A program made the position numbers and the translations under genes. DNA of 64,000 bases from Asterias rubens (taxonomy: Eukaryota), in contig NC_047074.1 in assembly GCF_902459465.1 (NCBI RefSeq), positions 3,224,001 through 3,288,000 of the forward strand. Direction: 5' to 3'. The notes below the pieces were generated by a model. That model worked only from the letters and a program-made list of their open reading frames with translations. It did not search any database and was not told the DNA's origin. How positions within the stretch are numbered: position 1 is the first letter of the stretch; every line of letters begins with the position of its first letter. Shown here piece after piece: positions 63,796-64,000 of the stretch.

Positions 63796-64000
63796 ACCCG
63801 CGGTTGTGCATTCTGTTCACAGTAACCCAATCAAGACACACTCGTTTTGGGAGTCTTAGAAACATAGACATGGCCCAATTCCAAAGAGCTTGAACAGAAA
63901 AAAAGTAGCCAAACAAAAATGCGCTTGCAAGAACAAGCTTACCAGCCAAAATAGGATTCCAAAATGTACAATATTTGTAACTGGTTATATCCTGCTTATC

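Noticed and set aside
1-64000. rRNA, true tRNA, CRISPR arrays, intact transposase or RT genes
   Set aside because: None seen. tRNA-like B-boxes belong to SINE heads and all retroelement coding remnants are broken.

Overview
AT-rich animal (eukaryotic) genomic DNA, not bacterial. An echinoderm, probably a sea star, is my inference from the lectin architecture and the repeat families; it is not proven. Three protein-coding loci are supportable. Two are tandem, intronless, secreted C-type lectin (CTL) paralogs on the - strand (10699-11232, 14862-15398). The third is the first coding exon of a neuroligin-like type-B carboxylesterase-fold gene on the + strand (19094-19568). I found no second neuroligin exon, so the remaining ~44 kb is probably intron 1. 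Much of the rest is non-autonomous DNA transposons (TTAA-flanked AG..CT-ended MITEs of several families, Harbinger-type MITEs), tRNA-derived SINEs, decayed L2/RTE/Penelope retroelements and local tandem repeats. Most short ORFs in the supplied track come from these repeats. Most notable: both lectins share a CCC-C +1 frameshift that separates the CTL domain from a downstream PAN/Apple-like domain, whose frame has stayed free of frameshifting indels between the paralogs. Both lectins have lost the inner CTL disulfide. Two Penelope-type hammerhead ribozyme motifs are present, one with an intact catalytic core on the neuroligin sense strand. Family names for repeats rest on terminal motifs and target-site duplications (TSDs) only, and boundaries of decayed copies are approximate.
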